64,000 bases of DNA from Macrostomum lignano (GCA_002269645.1 NIVC01000365.1:310001-374000); one strand, 5' to 3'; shown: positions 1 to 13,004, counted from the first letter of the stretch. Notes: generated from the letters alone by a model not told the origin. Numbers and translations are program-made.

Positions 1-135
1 CCTCAGATTCCCCTTTCTCAGATTCCCCTTCTCGCATCTGTTTGAGAATTCCCCAGATTCCCCTTCTTGCATCTGTTTGAGAATTCCTCAGATTCCCCTT
101 CTTGCATCTGTTTGAGAATTCCTCAGATTCCCTTT
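1..135. repeat. Short tandem repeat, ~36-38 bp unit (cagattccccttcttgcatctgtttgagaattcc), ~3 copies, cut by the window edge
   Basis: Unit visibly repeated at ~17-53, 54-90 and 90-126. Confidence 0.8.
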
Positions 136-867
136 TTTACATCGCTTTCACTTTCTTTAAGTCCGTCCAAAACTTATTTTCAACAGTTTCTAAAGCCAAT
201 AAAAGTACAACTGTGAGCTTGAGACAGTTGCGGGCCTCTTTAGCACCTGCCTCCCATTAGCTGCCTTAATTTGGCAGCTCGACCCCCCCCCAACACCGAC
301 TGACCCCAGCCGCTTTGATTGCTCGAAAATTCGATTCGAAATAGGGAATTTCGAAGTTGAGGCAGCAGCGGGAAAAGGCTCGAGACAAAAAAGCTACTTC
401 TTGTGACGAGAAAATCCCGCAGGATCACGCCACCGCGTCTCTTCGAGTGGCTGCCGCCTGCTTGAGGGGGCAGTGGGGAGGGAGTCGGCCCCACTCGGAG
501 AGCTCGGTTGCCATGGCAACCAGGCCATCACAACGTGTCAAGCTGGGCAGAGCGGCGGCAGCTAATTGGCCAGAGCTGGGGAGGTGGCGGCCGGCTGCGA
601 GCCGCTTTTAAGGCCCGGCCGGGCCGGAGCCGCCGCCGCTGCCCGCCCCGAGACAATTAAACTCCTCAAGCAATTAATTAGGCCGAGCGATTGAAGCTTT
701 TTCTGCGTGTCACAGAGCACTCACTTGAACCCAATCATCTCAGCAGGCTTCCGGGTTGACGAGGCTGCTGATCGCCGATTTTTCAGTTCAGATTGTTGAC
801 TGAGGTAAGCGGCGGGTCTCGGTGGCGACCTGACTGACCAGGGTTGACCCGGGCTGACCCGGGCTGA

Positions 868-1965
868 CCCTCTCTTACCCTCTCTCACCCTCTCCCACCC
901 TCTCTCACCCTCCCTCACCCTTTCTCACCCTTTCTCACCCTTTCTCACCCTTTCTCACCCTCTCTTACCTACTCCCACCCTTTCTCACTCTCTCTCACCC
1001 TCTCTCACCCTCTCTTACCTTCTCTCACCCTCTCTCACCCTCTCTTACCCTCTCTCACCCTCTCCCACCCTCTCTCACCCTCCCTCACCCTTTCTCACCC
1101 TTTCTCACCCTTTCTCACCCTCTCTTACCTACTCCCACCCTTTCTCACTCTCTCTCACCCTCTCTCACCCTCTCTTACCTTCTCTCACCCTCTCTCACCC
1201 TCTCTTACCCTCTCTCACCCTCTCCCACCCTCTCTCACCCTCCCTCACCCTTTCTCACCCTTTCTCACCCTTTCTCACCCTTTCTCACACTCTCTTACCT
1301 ACTCCCACCCTTTCTCACTCTCTCTCACCCTCTCTCACCCTCTCTCACCCTCTCTCACCCTCTTTCACTCTCTCTCACCCTCTCTTACCTTCTCTCACCC
1401 TCTCTCACCCTCCCTCACCCTTTCTCACCCTTTCTCACCCTCTCTTACCTACTCCCACCCTTTCTCACTCTCTCTCACCCTCTCTCACCCTCTCTTACCT
1501 TCTCTCACCCTCTCTCACCCTCTCTTACCCTCTCTCACCCTCTCCCACCCTCTCTCACCCTCCCTCACCCTTTCTCACCCTTTCTCACTCTTTCTCACCC
1601 TTTCTCACCCTCTCTTACCTACTCCCACCCTTTCTCACTCTCTCTCACCCTCTCTCACCCTCTCTTACCTTCTCTCACCCTCTCTCACCCTCTCTTACCC
1701 TCTCTCACCCTCTCCCACCCTCTCTCACCCTCCCTCACCCTTTCTCACCCTTTCTCACCCTTTCTCACCCTTTCTCACCCTCTCTTACCTACTCCCACCC
1801 TTTCTCACTCTCTCTCACCCTCTCTCACCCTCTCTCACCCTCTCTCACCCTCTTTCACTCTCTCTCACCCTCTCTTACCTTCTCTCACCCTCTCTCACCC
1901 TCTCTCACCCTCTTTCACTCTCTCTCTCCCTCTCTCACCCTTTCTCACCCTCTCTACCCTCTCTT
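868..1965. repeat. CT-rich 10-mer tandem array (ctctctcacc) with a 150-170 bp higher-order period
   Basis: 10-bp periodicity is visible in the block layout. The variant tctcttacctactcccaccc recurs at 961, 1121, 1291, 1441, 1611 and 1781. May lie in a 5' UTR intron of the downstream GPCR (candidate donor gag|gtaagc at 805, acceptor ttcttcag at ~2698; inference). Confidence 0.95.
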
Positions 1966-2709
1966 ACAACCTCCCTTCCTTCAAAGTTCTCTCTCAAACT
2001 ATCTTCATAAATAATTTATCAATCCCTCTGATACGCCCAATTCCTTCTTTCCATCACCGTCCGCTTAAAGAGCAGGTAAACTCGATCCCCAGAAAAAAAC
2101 CGCACCGGCTGAGCAGGGCCACCGCTAGTTCGTATCGGAAAGAGTTGAGGACACAAGAAAAACATTCTAATGCACTTTCCTGGAATGTGGAATCCCCGTA
2201 TGAGCTGAGCCTCTCCCTCCCCAAGATACTCTGACTTCAACTTCCGCACTTGTCCCCGAGTCTTCAAGCTCCCAAATCGATCACTGGCCATGTCCATCAC
2301 AATTTTCAAGCGTGAATGATCATTTTAGCCACTTCCAGAGCGGGAGGATCTATTTCAGGCATGCAAAATCGATATTTTTATGGGACGAGTCTTGCGCAAG
2401 TCAGCAAAATATTTTGTTGTCATGGCGACCAGATTTGACAGGAAAGATGAAGAGCGGGAGAAGAGGCTGCGCACCTGGCGACCTGAGTTCGCCCTCTGCA
2501 GCTGGCCTGTCATTGTGAGAGCTCGCCTCGCCTTCGGCAAGACTGACAAGTTGAAGCGCTTATGAAGCCCTGATCCAAATCGAGGACGCGTGTGGAAATT
2601 TTAAAGCTAATTTTACTGACTATCCTCAATCGCCTACTCACAAAGTGCTAATCAGTAGTCAAAAAGGGTCATTCTATAAGATTTATTTATATTCTTCAGC
2701 AGAGTGACC

Positions 2710-3705
2710 ATGGCAACGACCAACACAACAATGACCACAGCGCCCGTGGCGGCCACCGGCGATCCGGAGTGGATCAGCACCTTCAAGAAGTTCCAGCTGG
2801 CGATCGTCATCATCGGCCTGATGCTGAACATCCTTGGTCTAGTCGTGTTCTTCACTAAAGCCTCCAAGAGCTTCAACGTGATGACGCTGATGCTGCTGAA
2901 GCATCAGACCTGCTTGGACTCGCTGATCTGCCTGCTGAACGTGTTCTACCTGCTGCCCAACCTGCCTGACAGCTCCAGCAACCCGGTGGCCTGCTACCTG
3001 TGGTACACCCAGACCTTCTACTGGATCCTCGTTGTCCTCAGCGTGTGGAACCTCCTGCTCATCTGCGTGGAGCGCTTCATGGCGGTGGTGTTCCCTATCA
3101 AGTACAAGGCCAAGAAGCCAATCCACGTGGCCTTCATGATCCTCGGCATCCACCTGGGCGCCTACCTGCTGGCTACACCCGTCACCTTCTGGGTCCGCTA
3201 CGCCGATGGCGTCTGCAAATACGGCACGCCGACCTTCGACTCGCCGGCTCTTGTCCAGTTCCTGACCGTCCACGCCGCGCTTTGGTTCCTCGGCATCTAC
3301 ATGTGCCCCATGGGCGCCATGGTGGTCATGTACACCAAGATCATCATCGTGATCCGCGCCGCCACCGGGGCCACCACCTCCAGCGACGGCAAGCAGAGCA
3401 ATGCCGCCACTGAGTTCACCAAGACCGCCATCGTGGTCACCACCGTGTTCGTGGTCAGCTTCTCCTTTGACTCCTTCTACTACTTCATCGGCACCTTCTC
3501 GCCCGTCATCAACTACGAGGTGAACTCGACACCGCAGATCTTTAGCACCTTCATGGTGACGCTGAACTCGTGCTCTGCCGTCATCATCTACCTGATCTTC
3601 ATGCGGGTGTTCCGCAAGCACAGCCTTCAGCTGCTCAGCTGCGGCCGCTACAAGGGCACCGGAGCGGTCGGCGGCGGCCCGGCCAGCGGCACCACCAGCG
3701 GCTGA
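2710..3705 (+). CDS. Rhodopsin-like (class A) orphan GPCR, intronless CDS, ~331 aa
   Basis: ATG at 2710 in ccATGg context. Seven hydrophobic segments. TM3 LLICVERFMAVVFP (DRY-type motif as ERF). TM3 Cys (VACYL) and ECL2 Cys (GVCK). TM7 LNSCSAVIIY followed by a helix-8-like FMRVFRKH. Strong GC3 coding bias. Confidence 0.9.
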   Translation: MATTNTTMTTAPVAATGDPEWISTFKKFQLAIVIIGLMLNILGLVVFFTKASKSFNVMTLMLLKHQTCLDSLICLLNVFYLLPNLPDSSSNPVACYLWYTQTFYWILVVLSVWNLLLICVERFMAVVFPIKYKAKKPIHVAFMILGIHLGAYLLATPVTFWVRYADGVCKYGTPTFDSPALVQFLTVHAALWFLGIYMCPMGAMVVMYTKIIIVIRAATGATTSSDGKQSNAATEFTKTAIVVTTVFVVSFSFDSFYYFIGTFSPVINYEVNSTPQIFSTFMVTLNSCSAVIIYLIFMRVFRKHSLQLLSCGRYKGTGAVGGGPASGTTSG

Positions 3706-3803
3706 GAGCGTCGGCGACCGTTGCCATGGCAACAACTGGGCCGAATATTGAATCGGTAAAACTGACTCAAACCTCAATTAGCGGTAGGGTTAGGTTTAGT
3801 AAT

Positions 3804-4742
3804 GGGATTAACAGCACTGATTTGAAGGACTAGGGGATTAGCGGCACTGATTTGAAGGACTAGGGGATTAGCGGCACTGATTTAAAGGACTAGGGGATTA
3901 GCGGTGCTGATTTGAAGGACTAGGGGATTAGCGGCACTGATTTGAAGGACTAGGGGATTAGCGGCACTGATTTGAAGGACTAGGGGATTAGCGGCACTGA
4001 TTTGAAGGACTAGGGGATTAGCGGCACTGATTTGAAGGACTAGGGGATTAGCGGCGCTGATTTGAAGGACTAGGGGATTAGCGGCACTGATTTGAAGGAC
4101 TAGGGGATTAGCGGCACTGATTTGAAGGACTAGGGGATTAGCGGCACTGATTTGAAGGACTAGGGGATTAGCGGCGCTGATTTGAAGGACTAGGGGATTA
4201 GCGGCACTGATTTGAAGGACTAGGGGATTAGCGGCACTGATTTGAAGGACTAGGGGATTAGCGGTGCTGATTTGAAGGACTAGGGGATTAGCGGCACTGA
4301 TTTGAAGGACTAGGGGATTAGCGGCGCTGATTTGAAGGACTAGGGGATTAGCGGCACTGATTTGAAGGACTAGGGGATTAGCGGCACTGATTTGAAGGAC
4401 TAGGGGATTAGCGGTGCTGATTTGAAGGACTAGGGGATTAGCGGCACTGATTTGAAGGACTAGGGGATTAGCGGCGCTGATTTGAAGGACTAGGGGATTA
4501 GCGGCGCTGATTTGAAGGACTAGGGGATTAGCGGCACTGATTTGAAGGACTAGGGGATTAGCGGCGCTGATTTGAAGGACTAGGGGATTAGCGGCGCTGA
4601 TTTGAAGGACTAGGGGATTAGCGGCACTGATTTGAAGGACTAGGGGATTAGCGGTGCTGATTTGAAGGACTAGGGGATTAGTGGCGCTGATTTGAAGGAC
4701 TAGGGGATTAGCGGCGCTGATTTGAAGGACTAGGGGATTAGC
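3804..4742. repeat. 30-bp minisatellite (gggattagcggcactgatttgaaggactag), ~31 near-identical copies
   Basis: Exact 30-bp period; variation is confined to gcggcact/gcggtgct/gcggcgct. Starts ~100 bp after the GPCR stop codon. Confidence 0.97.
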
Positions 4743-6089
4743 ATGGCAAAGGCTTCAATTAAAGGACGATTTGCTTTTTTGTTTTTTTTGTCTTGTGTTT
4801 ATCTGTTTATTTTTGTTGTGCTTAACCGAAAGGCTGTGCTTGGCTGCGGTTTGCTAGCAGTCGAATAGGCAGCCATGGCGGTGGTAGATTTAGCTCAGCT
4901 CCATGCTCACCCTGCCGTGATAGAGTATGAGCTCTCAGCAAATTTTAGACACAGTCACTCTTTAGCCTCACAATATTCACTGTTTTATGTAAATTTTGGT
5001 ATAAAAAAATTGTACTTTTTGAAAAATGCAAGCCCTTTTTGTTATGCTTAGCTGGCTTTAAATGTTTAAAGTAAGCAAGCAAAATAATTATCAAATGCAC
5101 ATCAGCACATCTGGCACGAACTGCATGTACTTTTTGCACCCGGTTTTACTTTGTCTATTTGTCACAGTCAACGTAATGGCTAAATTAAATGCACTTTAAC
5201 AAATCTATGAAGTTTCGTAATGTCTAGAGTTTTACGGCGGAGCCTGACACCTAATTGGTTCCGCAAAAATTTAAATTGATTTATAAACCCTAAAATTTGT
5301 TTTATTTCATCTAGTCTTAGTTTATGTAATTCACTTTATTTATTTCATTTTCATTTCATTGTCATTGTCATTGTCAGATATTCTGGTAGCGAAACTCTGC
5401 TCTTATACAGTAGAAAACTGATGTACACTTTATCGTGAATGGTTACTTAAGCCTTTTATCTTTGTAAATATAATCTGAGATGATGTCGATCTATATTTTA
5501 TTTCCACGCATTCTTCTAAGACTGACACCTGAACTATAATGATGAAATATACACAAAATGCAATAACTCGGATTCAATATTTTTCTGTTGAGTGTTGTGG
5601 CACGTTAAAAATGTAAAAATATTATAATTCCTTTAGCTTGTCACTGCTAATTTTATCTTTCTGAAGAAATTCTTTTCTTTCTTTGGACTCAAAACCTCGA
5701 ACTCACCTGACTCTATGCAGTTATTTTATTACGTCGTTGAAAAAAGGCTTTTTAGTTTCACTTTAGCATGTCAGGTCTATTTTTAGCTCATTTACTCGTA
5801 GGCAGATTTCACTCGCCGGGAATTCCGGCGTCCGGAGTCAGTAGGGGTGGGTTAAATGTACATTGTCGCTATAGTGGGGTTGGGGGAATGAATGTACATT
5901 GTCTCAATAGTGGGGTTTGAGAGTAATTGATGTACATTACGCAGCGAGCGTCCAGAGATAATCGGCGGGCGCCCGACAGAGCTGCGTGTTGTGGCATGCT
6001 GCGGTAAAGGCCGCCTATTTATTGAGGCAAACCCTGCGCTCGGCCTTGAAGATGTTAAATAAAGTGAAATCGGAACCAAGCACCCCATT

Positions 6090-6106
6090 ATTGGCTAGCT
6101 ATAAAA
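6090..6106 (+). promoter_or_regulatory. Putative TATA box (TATAAAA, 6100-6106) with adjacent inverted CCAAT (attgg)
   Basis: Lies ~60 bp upstream of ATG 6166. Motif match only. Confidence 0.4.
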
Positions 6107-6165
6107 GTGAGACGCCACAGGAGCTCCCATAAAGTACATCAACAGCCACGACAACAGCTGACTAA

Positions 6166-6528
6166 ATGGGAACAGAAATGTCCAGCAAGGATTTGCACAG
6201 CAAGCAGTTGCCGTCAAGACAGGCGCACCTGTTCAGGCGCCGGATCTCCAGCCTGGTATTTGGCATCGCCCTACTAGCCTCGACCGGGCTTGTGGCCGGG
6301 GCCACCGCCGCCCGCGCCGTGCAGTGTCCGGCCTCGGTCGACTGTCCCGGACAGCGCGGCCGGCTGCACTTTGCTCTGATGCTGAGCGGCAGCGCACTGT
6401 TCATCGGGTCTCTGGCCGGGCTGCTCATCCTGCGCTACATCGTGTTCGGGGCGCTGCCGCCGGCTGATGACACGGCCGAGTTCGAACACCTGAGCGAGTG
6501 CGACACGCCGACTGGGGAGCTGGCGTGA
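6166..6528 (+). CDS. Small protein (120 aa) with two hydrophobic segments, unknown family
   Basis: GC-rich ORF set in AT-rich flanks. Hydrophobic stretches ISSLVFGIALLASTGLVAGA and LHFALMLSGSALFIGSLAGLLILRYIVF are separated by a CPASVDC loop; acidic C-terminal tail; TATA box upstream. Confidence 0.6.
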   Translation: MGTEMSSKDLHSKQLPSRQAHLFRRRISSLVFGIALLASTGLVAGATAARAVQCPASVDCPGQRGRLHFALMLSGSALFIGSLAGLLILRYIVFGALPPADDTAEFEHLSECDTPTGELA

Positions 6529-7927
6529 GACAATTTCGCTTCATTTCTGGCATTTATAAATCTGGTAAAAAGTCCAACTTACCGATAAAAAATATTTAAA
6601 ATACTTTTAAAACATGTTCTCAAACACGTGACAATCTGTTTTTACGGTAATCAAATTTTGTTAAATTATATTCATGTTTGGCATGAATTTAAATTTGATT
6701 TTGAGTTTAGCAACAAGTTCTTTTTCTTCAAAATTTAGTCATTTACTTTTCTGCAAATATATGCTAATTACCTGTAATTATGTACCAAAAATTTTGTAAA
6801 TATGTTCTGTTCTGTCCTCGTTACTTCACTGAAACGCACCAAAACGTCTAGCAAAATATACCGCAATTTGCTTATCGCCCTACTGACAACGAACAGTAGA
6901 CCAACTAGATTGAAGGTGTGCCACCTTAGCAGGTCGAAGTGCATTAATTGCTCAATATTTCGAAATTATTTTTGATTTCTTTGAGTACAGTTTTGCAACA
7001 CATAAAACCCTAAAAATGTTAAACTATTGTAAACTACTTAGATGCTACGTATTTTAGTTACATATGTCCTATGTGACTAATTAATTATAATTTACCATTC
7101 ATTAATTTTTTAATCACAAAGTTCTATTAAATAGACTCAAAAAATCAAACTGAGACACATGAATTAACATCATATACTAAGGTCCAAGAAATAATACTCA
7201 TAATAAATATCTTGGACATTTGGACTTACGAAAAATAATCTTGCAATTAACAACGAAATTAGTTAAAAAAAATTTTCGCCGCTCCGATTCTGTTCACTGT
7301 AATTTGAAATGAGATTTTCCTAGAAATTCAGCATTTCAAATGTACAGTTTAACGCCCACAGGTACGTGAAACCACCGGATGCGACTTTGCAGTGAAATGC
7401 TTTGCCATTTGATACAAGTTACCCAACATTAGGTAGCCTGATCATTTAGCTAAATCCATAATTAGGCACAGCAGCTTTCAAAACTCCGAAAAAACGAATT
7501 AATCAATAAATATGTAAACTATTATATGAGAAAAATACTGCCGTGTCTAAAACAAAAAGCGTCGAGCATTTAACTAACCTCACACAGTGCAATGAGAATT
7601 AAAAACAAAGATATTTTTATGGAAACTTTACACCATTTTTTACACTGTAAATTTTTTTACACTGTGAAAGGTTAATCAATGCTACTCACACTTTTAGGGA
7701 CTTTCACTGCACATTTTGTGGGCGGTGCTGCGCGCAATAATAGTTTCGCAAATTTGTATCAAAACCGCCAAACGGCAAACATGCGCGCAGTACCCACTCA
7801 ATAGAGTGTTCGTTTTTGGAAAGAATATTTAAATTGTAACTCGAGCAGACATTAGCTTTTTAAGTGCTTTGCTTATGAGAATTCAGCAGCCACTGCAACG
7901 CAAATTACGCAATTTATCGTAAATAAT

Positions 7928-10900
7928 TGGATGGTTGTTGACTGGACGTATGGTTGTGACTGGATTGTTGCTGACTGGATGGTTGCTGACTGGATGGACG
8001 GTTGCTGACTGGATGGTTGCTGACTGGACGTATGGTTGTGACTGGATTGTTGCTGACTGGAATGGTTGCTGACTGGACGGATGGTTGCTGACTGGATGGT
8101 TGCTGACTGGACGTATGGTTGTGACTGGATTGTTGCTGACTGGATGGTTGCTAACTGGATGGACGGTTGCTCACTGGATGGCTGCTGACTCGATGGCTGC
8201 TGACTAGATGGCTGCTGACTGGATGGTTGCTGACTGGATGTATGGTTGTGACTGGATTGTTGCTGACTGGATTGTTGCTGACTGGATGGACTGTTGTTGA
8301 CTGGATGGTTGCTGACTGGATGGATGTTTGCTGACTGGATGGTTGCTGACTGGATGGTTGCTGACTGGATGGTCGCTGACTGGATGGTTGTTGACTGGAT
8401 GGGTGCTGACTGGATGGATGGTTGCTGACTGGATGGATGTTTGCTGACTGGATGGCTGCTGACAGGATGGCTGCTGACTGGATGGTTGCTGACTGGACGG
8501 TTGCTGACTCGATGGATGGTTGCTGACTAGATGGTTGCTGCCTGGATGGTTTCCGACTGGATGGATGTTTGCTGACTGGATGGTTGCTGACTGGACGGAT
8601 GGTTGTGACTGGATTGTTGCTGACTGGATGGACGGTTGCTGACTGGATGGTTGCTGACTGGATGGTTGCTGACTGGATTGTTCCTGACTGGATTGTTGCT
8701 GACTGGACGGATGGTTGCTGACTGGATGGTTGCTGACTGGATGTATGGTTGTGACTGGATTGTTGCTGACTGGATTGTTGCTGACTGGATGGACGGTTGC
8801 TGACTGGATGGTTGCTGACTGGATGTATGGTTGTGACTGGATTGTTGCTGACTGGATGGATGGTTGCTGACTGGATGGACTGTTGTTGACTGGATGGTTG
8901 CTGACTGGATGGATGTTTGCTGACTGGATGGTTGCTGACTGGATGGTTGCTGACTGGATGGTTGCTGACTGGATGGTCGCTGACTGGATGGTTGTTGACT
9001 GGATGGTTGCTGACTGGATGGACGGTTGTTGACTGGATGGTTGCTGACTGGATGGATGATTGCTGACTGGATGGTTGCTGACTGGACGGTTGCTGACTGG
9101 ATGGATGGTTGCTGACTGGACGGTTGCTGACTGGATGGACGGTTGCTGACTGGATTGTTGCTGACTGGATTGTTGCTGACTGGATGGACGGTTGCTGACT
9201 GGATGGTTGCTGACTGGATGTATGGTTGTGACTGGATTGTTGCTGACTGGATTGTTGCTGACTGGATTGTTGCTGACTGGATGATTGGTTGCTGACTTGA
9301 TGGACTGTTGTTGACTGGATGGTTGCTGACTGGATGGATGTTTGCTGACTGGATGGTTGCTGACTGGATGGATGTTTGCTGACTGGATGGTTGCTGACTG
9401 GATGGTTGCTGACTGGATGGTCGCTGACTGGATGGTTGTTGACTGGATGGGTGCTGACTGGATGGATGGTTGCTGACTGGATGAATGTTTGCTGACTGGA
9501 TGGCTGCTGACAGGATGGCTGCTGACTGGATGGTTGCTGACTGGACGGTTGCTGACTCGATGGATGGTTGCTGACTAGATGGTTGCTGCCTGGATGGTTT
9601 CCGACTGGATGGATGTTTGCTGACTGGATGGTTGCTGACTGGACGGATGGTTGTGACTGGATTGTTGCTGACTGGATGGACGGTTGCTGACTGGATGGTT
9701 GCTGACTGGATGGTTGCTGACTGGATTGTTCCTGACTGGATTGTTGCTGACTGGATGGACGGTTGCTGACTGGATGGTTGCTGACTGGATGTATGGTTGT
9801 GACTGGATTGTTGCTGACTGGATTGTTGCTGACTGGATGGACGGTTGCTGACTGGATGGTTGCTGACTGGATGTATGGTTGTGACTGGATTGTTGCTGAC
9901 TGGATTGTTGCTGACTGGATGGACGGTTGCTGACTGGATGGTTGCTGACTGGATGTATGGTTGTGACTGGATTGTTGCTGACTGGATGGATGGTTGCTGA
10001 CTGGATGGACTGTTGTTGACTGGATGGTTGCTGACTGGATGGATGTTTGCTGACTGGATGGTTGCTGACTGGATGGTTGCTGACTGGATGGTTGCTGACT
10101 GGATGGTCGCTGACTGGATGGTTGTTGACTGGATGGTTGCTGACTGGATGGACGGTTGTTGACTGGATGGTTGCTGACTGGATGGATGATTGCTGACTGG
10201 ATGGTTGCTGACTGGACGGTTGCTGACTGGATGGATGGTTGCTGACTGGACGGTTGCTGACTGGATGGACGGTTGCTGACTGGATTGTTGCTGACTGGAT
10301 TGTTGCTGACTGGATGGACGGTTGCTGACTGGATGGTTGCTGACTGGATGTATGGTTGTGACTGGATTGTTGCTGACTGGATTGTTGCTGACTGGATTGT
10401 TGCTGACTGGATGATTGGTTGCTGACTTGATGGACTGTTGTTGACTGGATGGTTGCTGACTGGATGGATGTTTGCTGACTGGATGGTTGCTGACTGGATG
10501 GATGTTTGCTGACTGGATGGTTGCTGACTGGATGGTTGCTGACTGGATGGTCGCTGACTGGATGGTTGTTGACTGGATGGGTGCTGACTGGATGGATGGT
10601 TGCTGACTGGATGAATGTTTGCTGACTGGATGGCTGCTGACAGGATGGCTGCTGACTGGATGGTTGCTGACTGGACGGTTGCTGACTCGATGGATGGTTG
10701 CTGACTAGATGGTTGCTGCCTGGATGGTTTCCGACTGGATGGATGTTTGCTGACTGGATGGTTGCTGACTGGACGGATGGTTGTGACTGGATTGTTGCTG
10801 ACTGGATGGACGGTTGCTGACTGGATGGTTGCTGACTGGATGGTTGCTGACTGGATTGTTCCTGACTGGATTGTTGCTGACTGGATGGACGGTTGCTGAC

Positions 10901-13004
10901 TGGATGGTTGCTGACTGGATGTATGGTTGTGACTGGATTGTTGCTGACTGGATTGTTGCTGACTGGATGGACGGTTGCTGACTGGATGGTTGCTGACTGG
11001 ATGTATGGTTGTGACTGGATTGTTGCTGACTGGATGGATGGTTGCTGACTGGATGGACTGTTGTTGACTGGATGGTTGCTGACTGGATGGATGTTTGCTG
11101 ACTGGATGGTTGCTGACTGGATGGTTGCTGACTGGATGGTTGCTGACTGGATGGTCGCTGACTGGATGGTTGTTGACTGGATGGTTGCTGACTGGATGGA
11201 CGGTTGTTGACTGGATGGTTGCTGACTGGATGGATGATTGCTGACTGGATGGTTGCTGACTGGACGGTTGCTGACTGGATGGATGGTTGCTGACTGGACG
11301 GTTGCTGACTGGATGGACGGTTGCTGACTGGATTGTTGCTGACTGGATTGTTGCTGACTGGATGGACGGTTGCTGACTGGATGGTTGCTGACTGGATGTA
11401 TGGTTGTGACTGGATTGTTGCTGACTGGATTGTTGCTGACTGGATTGTTGCTGACTGGATGATTGGTTGCTGACTTGATGGACTGTTGTTGACTGGATGG
11501 TTGCTGACTGGATGGATGTTTGCTGACTGGATGGTTGCTGACTGGATGGTTGCTGACTGGATGGTCGCTGACTGGATGGTTGTTGACTGGATGGGTGCTG
11601 ACTGGATGGACGGTTGCTGACTGGATGGCTGCTGACTGGATGGCTGCTGACAGGATGGCTGCTGACTGGATGGTTGCTGACTGGACGGATGGTTGCTGAC
11701 TGGATGGTTGCTGACTGGATGTATGGTTGTGACTGGATTGTTGCTGACTGGATGGATGGTTGCTGACTGGATGGACTGTTGTTGACTGGATGGTTGCTGA
11801 CTGGATGGATGTTTGCTGACTGGATGGACTGTTGCTGACTGGACGGTTGCTGACTCGATGGATGGTTGCTGACTAGATGGTTGCTGCCTGGATGGTTTCC
11901 GACTGGATGGATGTTTGCTGACTGGATGGTTGCTGACTGGACGGATGGTTGTGACTGGATTGTTGCTGACTGGATGGACGGTTGCTGACTGGATGGTTGC
12001 TGACTGGATGGTTGCTGACTGGATGTATGGTTGTGACTGGATTGTTGCTGACTGGATTGTTGCTGACTGGATGGACGGTTGCTGACTGGATGGTTGCTGA
12101 CTGGATGTATGGTTGTGACTGGATTGTTGCTGACTGGATGGATGGTTGCTGACTGGATGGACTGTTGTTGACTGGATGGTTGCTGACTGGATGGATGTTT
12201 GCTGACTGGATGGTTGCTGACTGGATGGTTGCTGACTGGATGGTTGCTGACTGGATGGTCGCTGACTGGATGGTTGTTGACTGGATGGTTGCTGACTGGA
12301 CGTATGGTTGTGACTGGATTGTTGCTGACTGGATGGTTGCTAACTGGATGGACGGTTGCTCACTGGATGGCTGCTGACTCGATGGCTGCTGACTAGATGG
12401 CTGCTGACTGGATGGTTGCTGACTGGATGTATGGTTGTGACTGGATTGTTGCTGACTGGATTGTTGCTGACTGGATGGACTGTTGTTGACTGGATGGTTG
12501 CTGACTGGATGGATGTTTGCTGACTGGATGGTTGCTGACTGGATGGTTGCTGACTGGATGGTCGCTGACTGGATGGTTGTTGACTGGATGGGTGCTGACT
12601 GGATGGATGGTTGCTGACTGGATGGTTGCTGACTGGATGGTTGCTGACTGGATGTATGGTTGTGACTGGATTGTTGCTGACTGGATTGTTGCTGACTGGA
12701 TGGACGGTTGCTGACTGGATGGTTGCTGACTGGATGTATGGTTGTGACTGGATTGTTGCTGACTGGATGGATGGTTGCTGACTGGATGGACTGTTGTTGA
12801 CTGGATGGTTGCTGACTGGATGGATGTTTGCTGACTGGATGGTTGCTGACTGGATGGTTGCTGACTGGATGGTTGCTGACTGGATGGTCGCTGACTGGAT
12901 GGTTGTTGACTGGATGGTTGCTGACTGGATGGACGGTTGCTGACTGGATGGTTGCTGACTGGATGGTTGCTGACTGGACGTATGGTTGTGACTGGATTGT
13001 TGCT
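7928..13004. repeat. ~5.1 kb satellite with a 15-bp core (gactggatggttgct), 19- and 29-bp variants, and 1.05-1.17 kb higher-order blocks
   Basis: Rare variant cctggatggtttccgac at 8541, 9589, 10719, 11887. Variant atgattggttgctgacttga at 9281, 10411, 11459. The array joins directly onto the Helitron ORF at 13004/13005. Confidence 0.97.

Noticed and set aside
2839-3777. 312-aa antisense ORF; similarly 27932-29104, 51376-52536 and 61524-62567
   Set aside because: These are shadow ORFs of GC3-rich genes on the opposite strand.
3783-3800. Telomere-like tagggttaggtttag
   Set aside because: Only about two imperfect units; not distinguishable from chance.
3804-4742. CRISPR-like array (30-bp repeats); likewise the 26-, 34- and 46-bp arrays
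   Set aside because: Units are head-to-tail with no unique spacers, there are no cas genes, and the context is eukaryotic.
11873-13004. C-terminal ~377 aa of the 1220-aa ORF as a genuine selected protein domain
   Set aside because: It is the 15-mer satellite, which lacks stops in all three minus-strand frames, so the ORF length there carries no evidence of coding selection.
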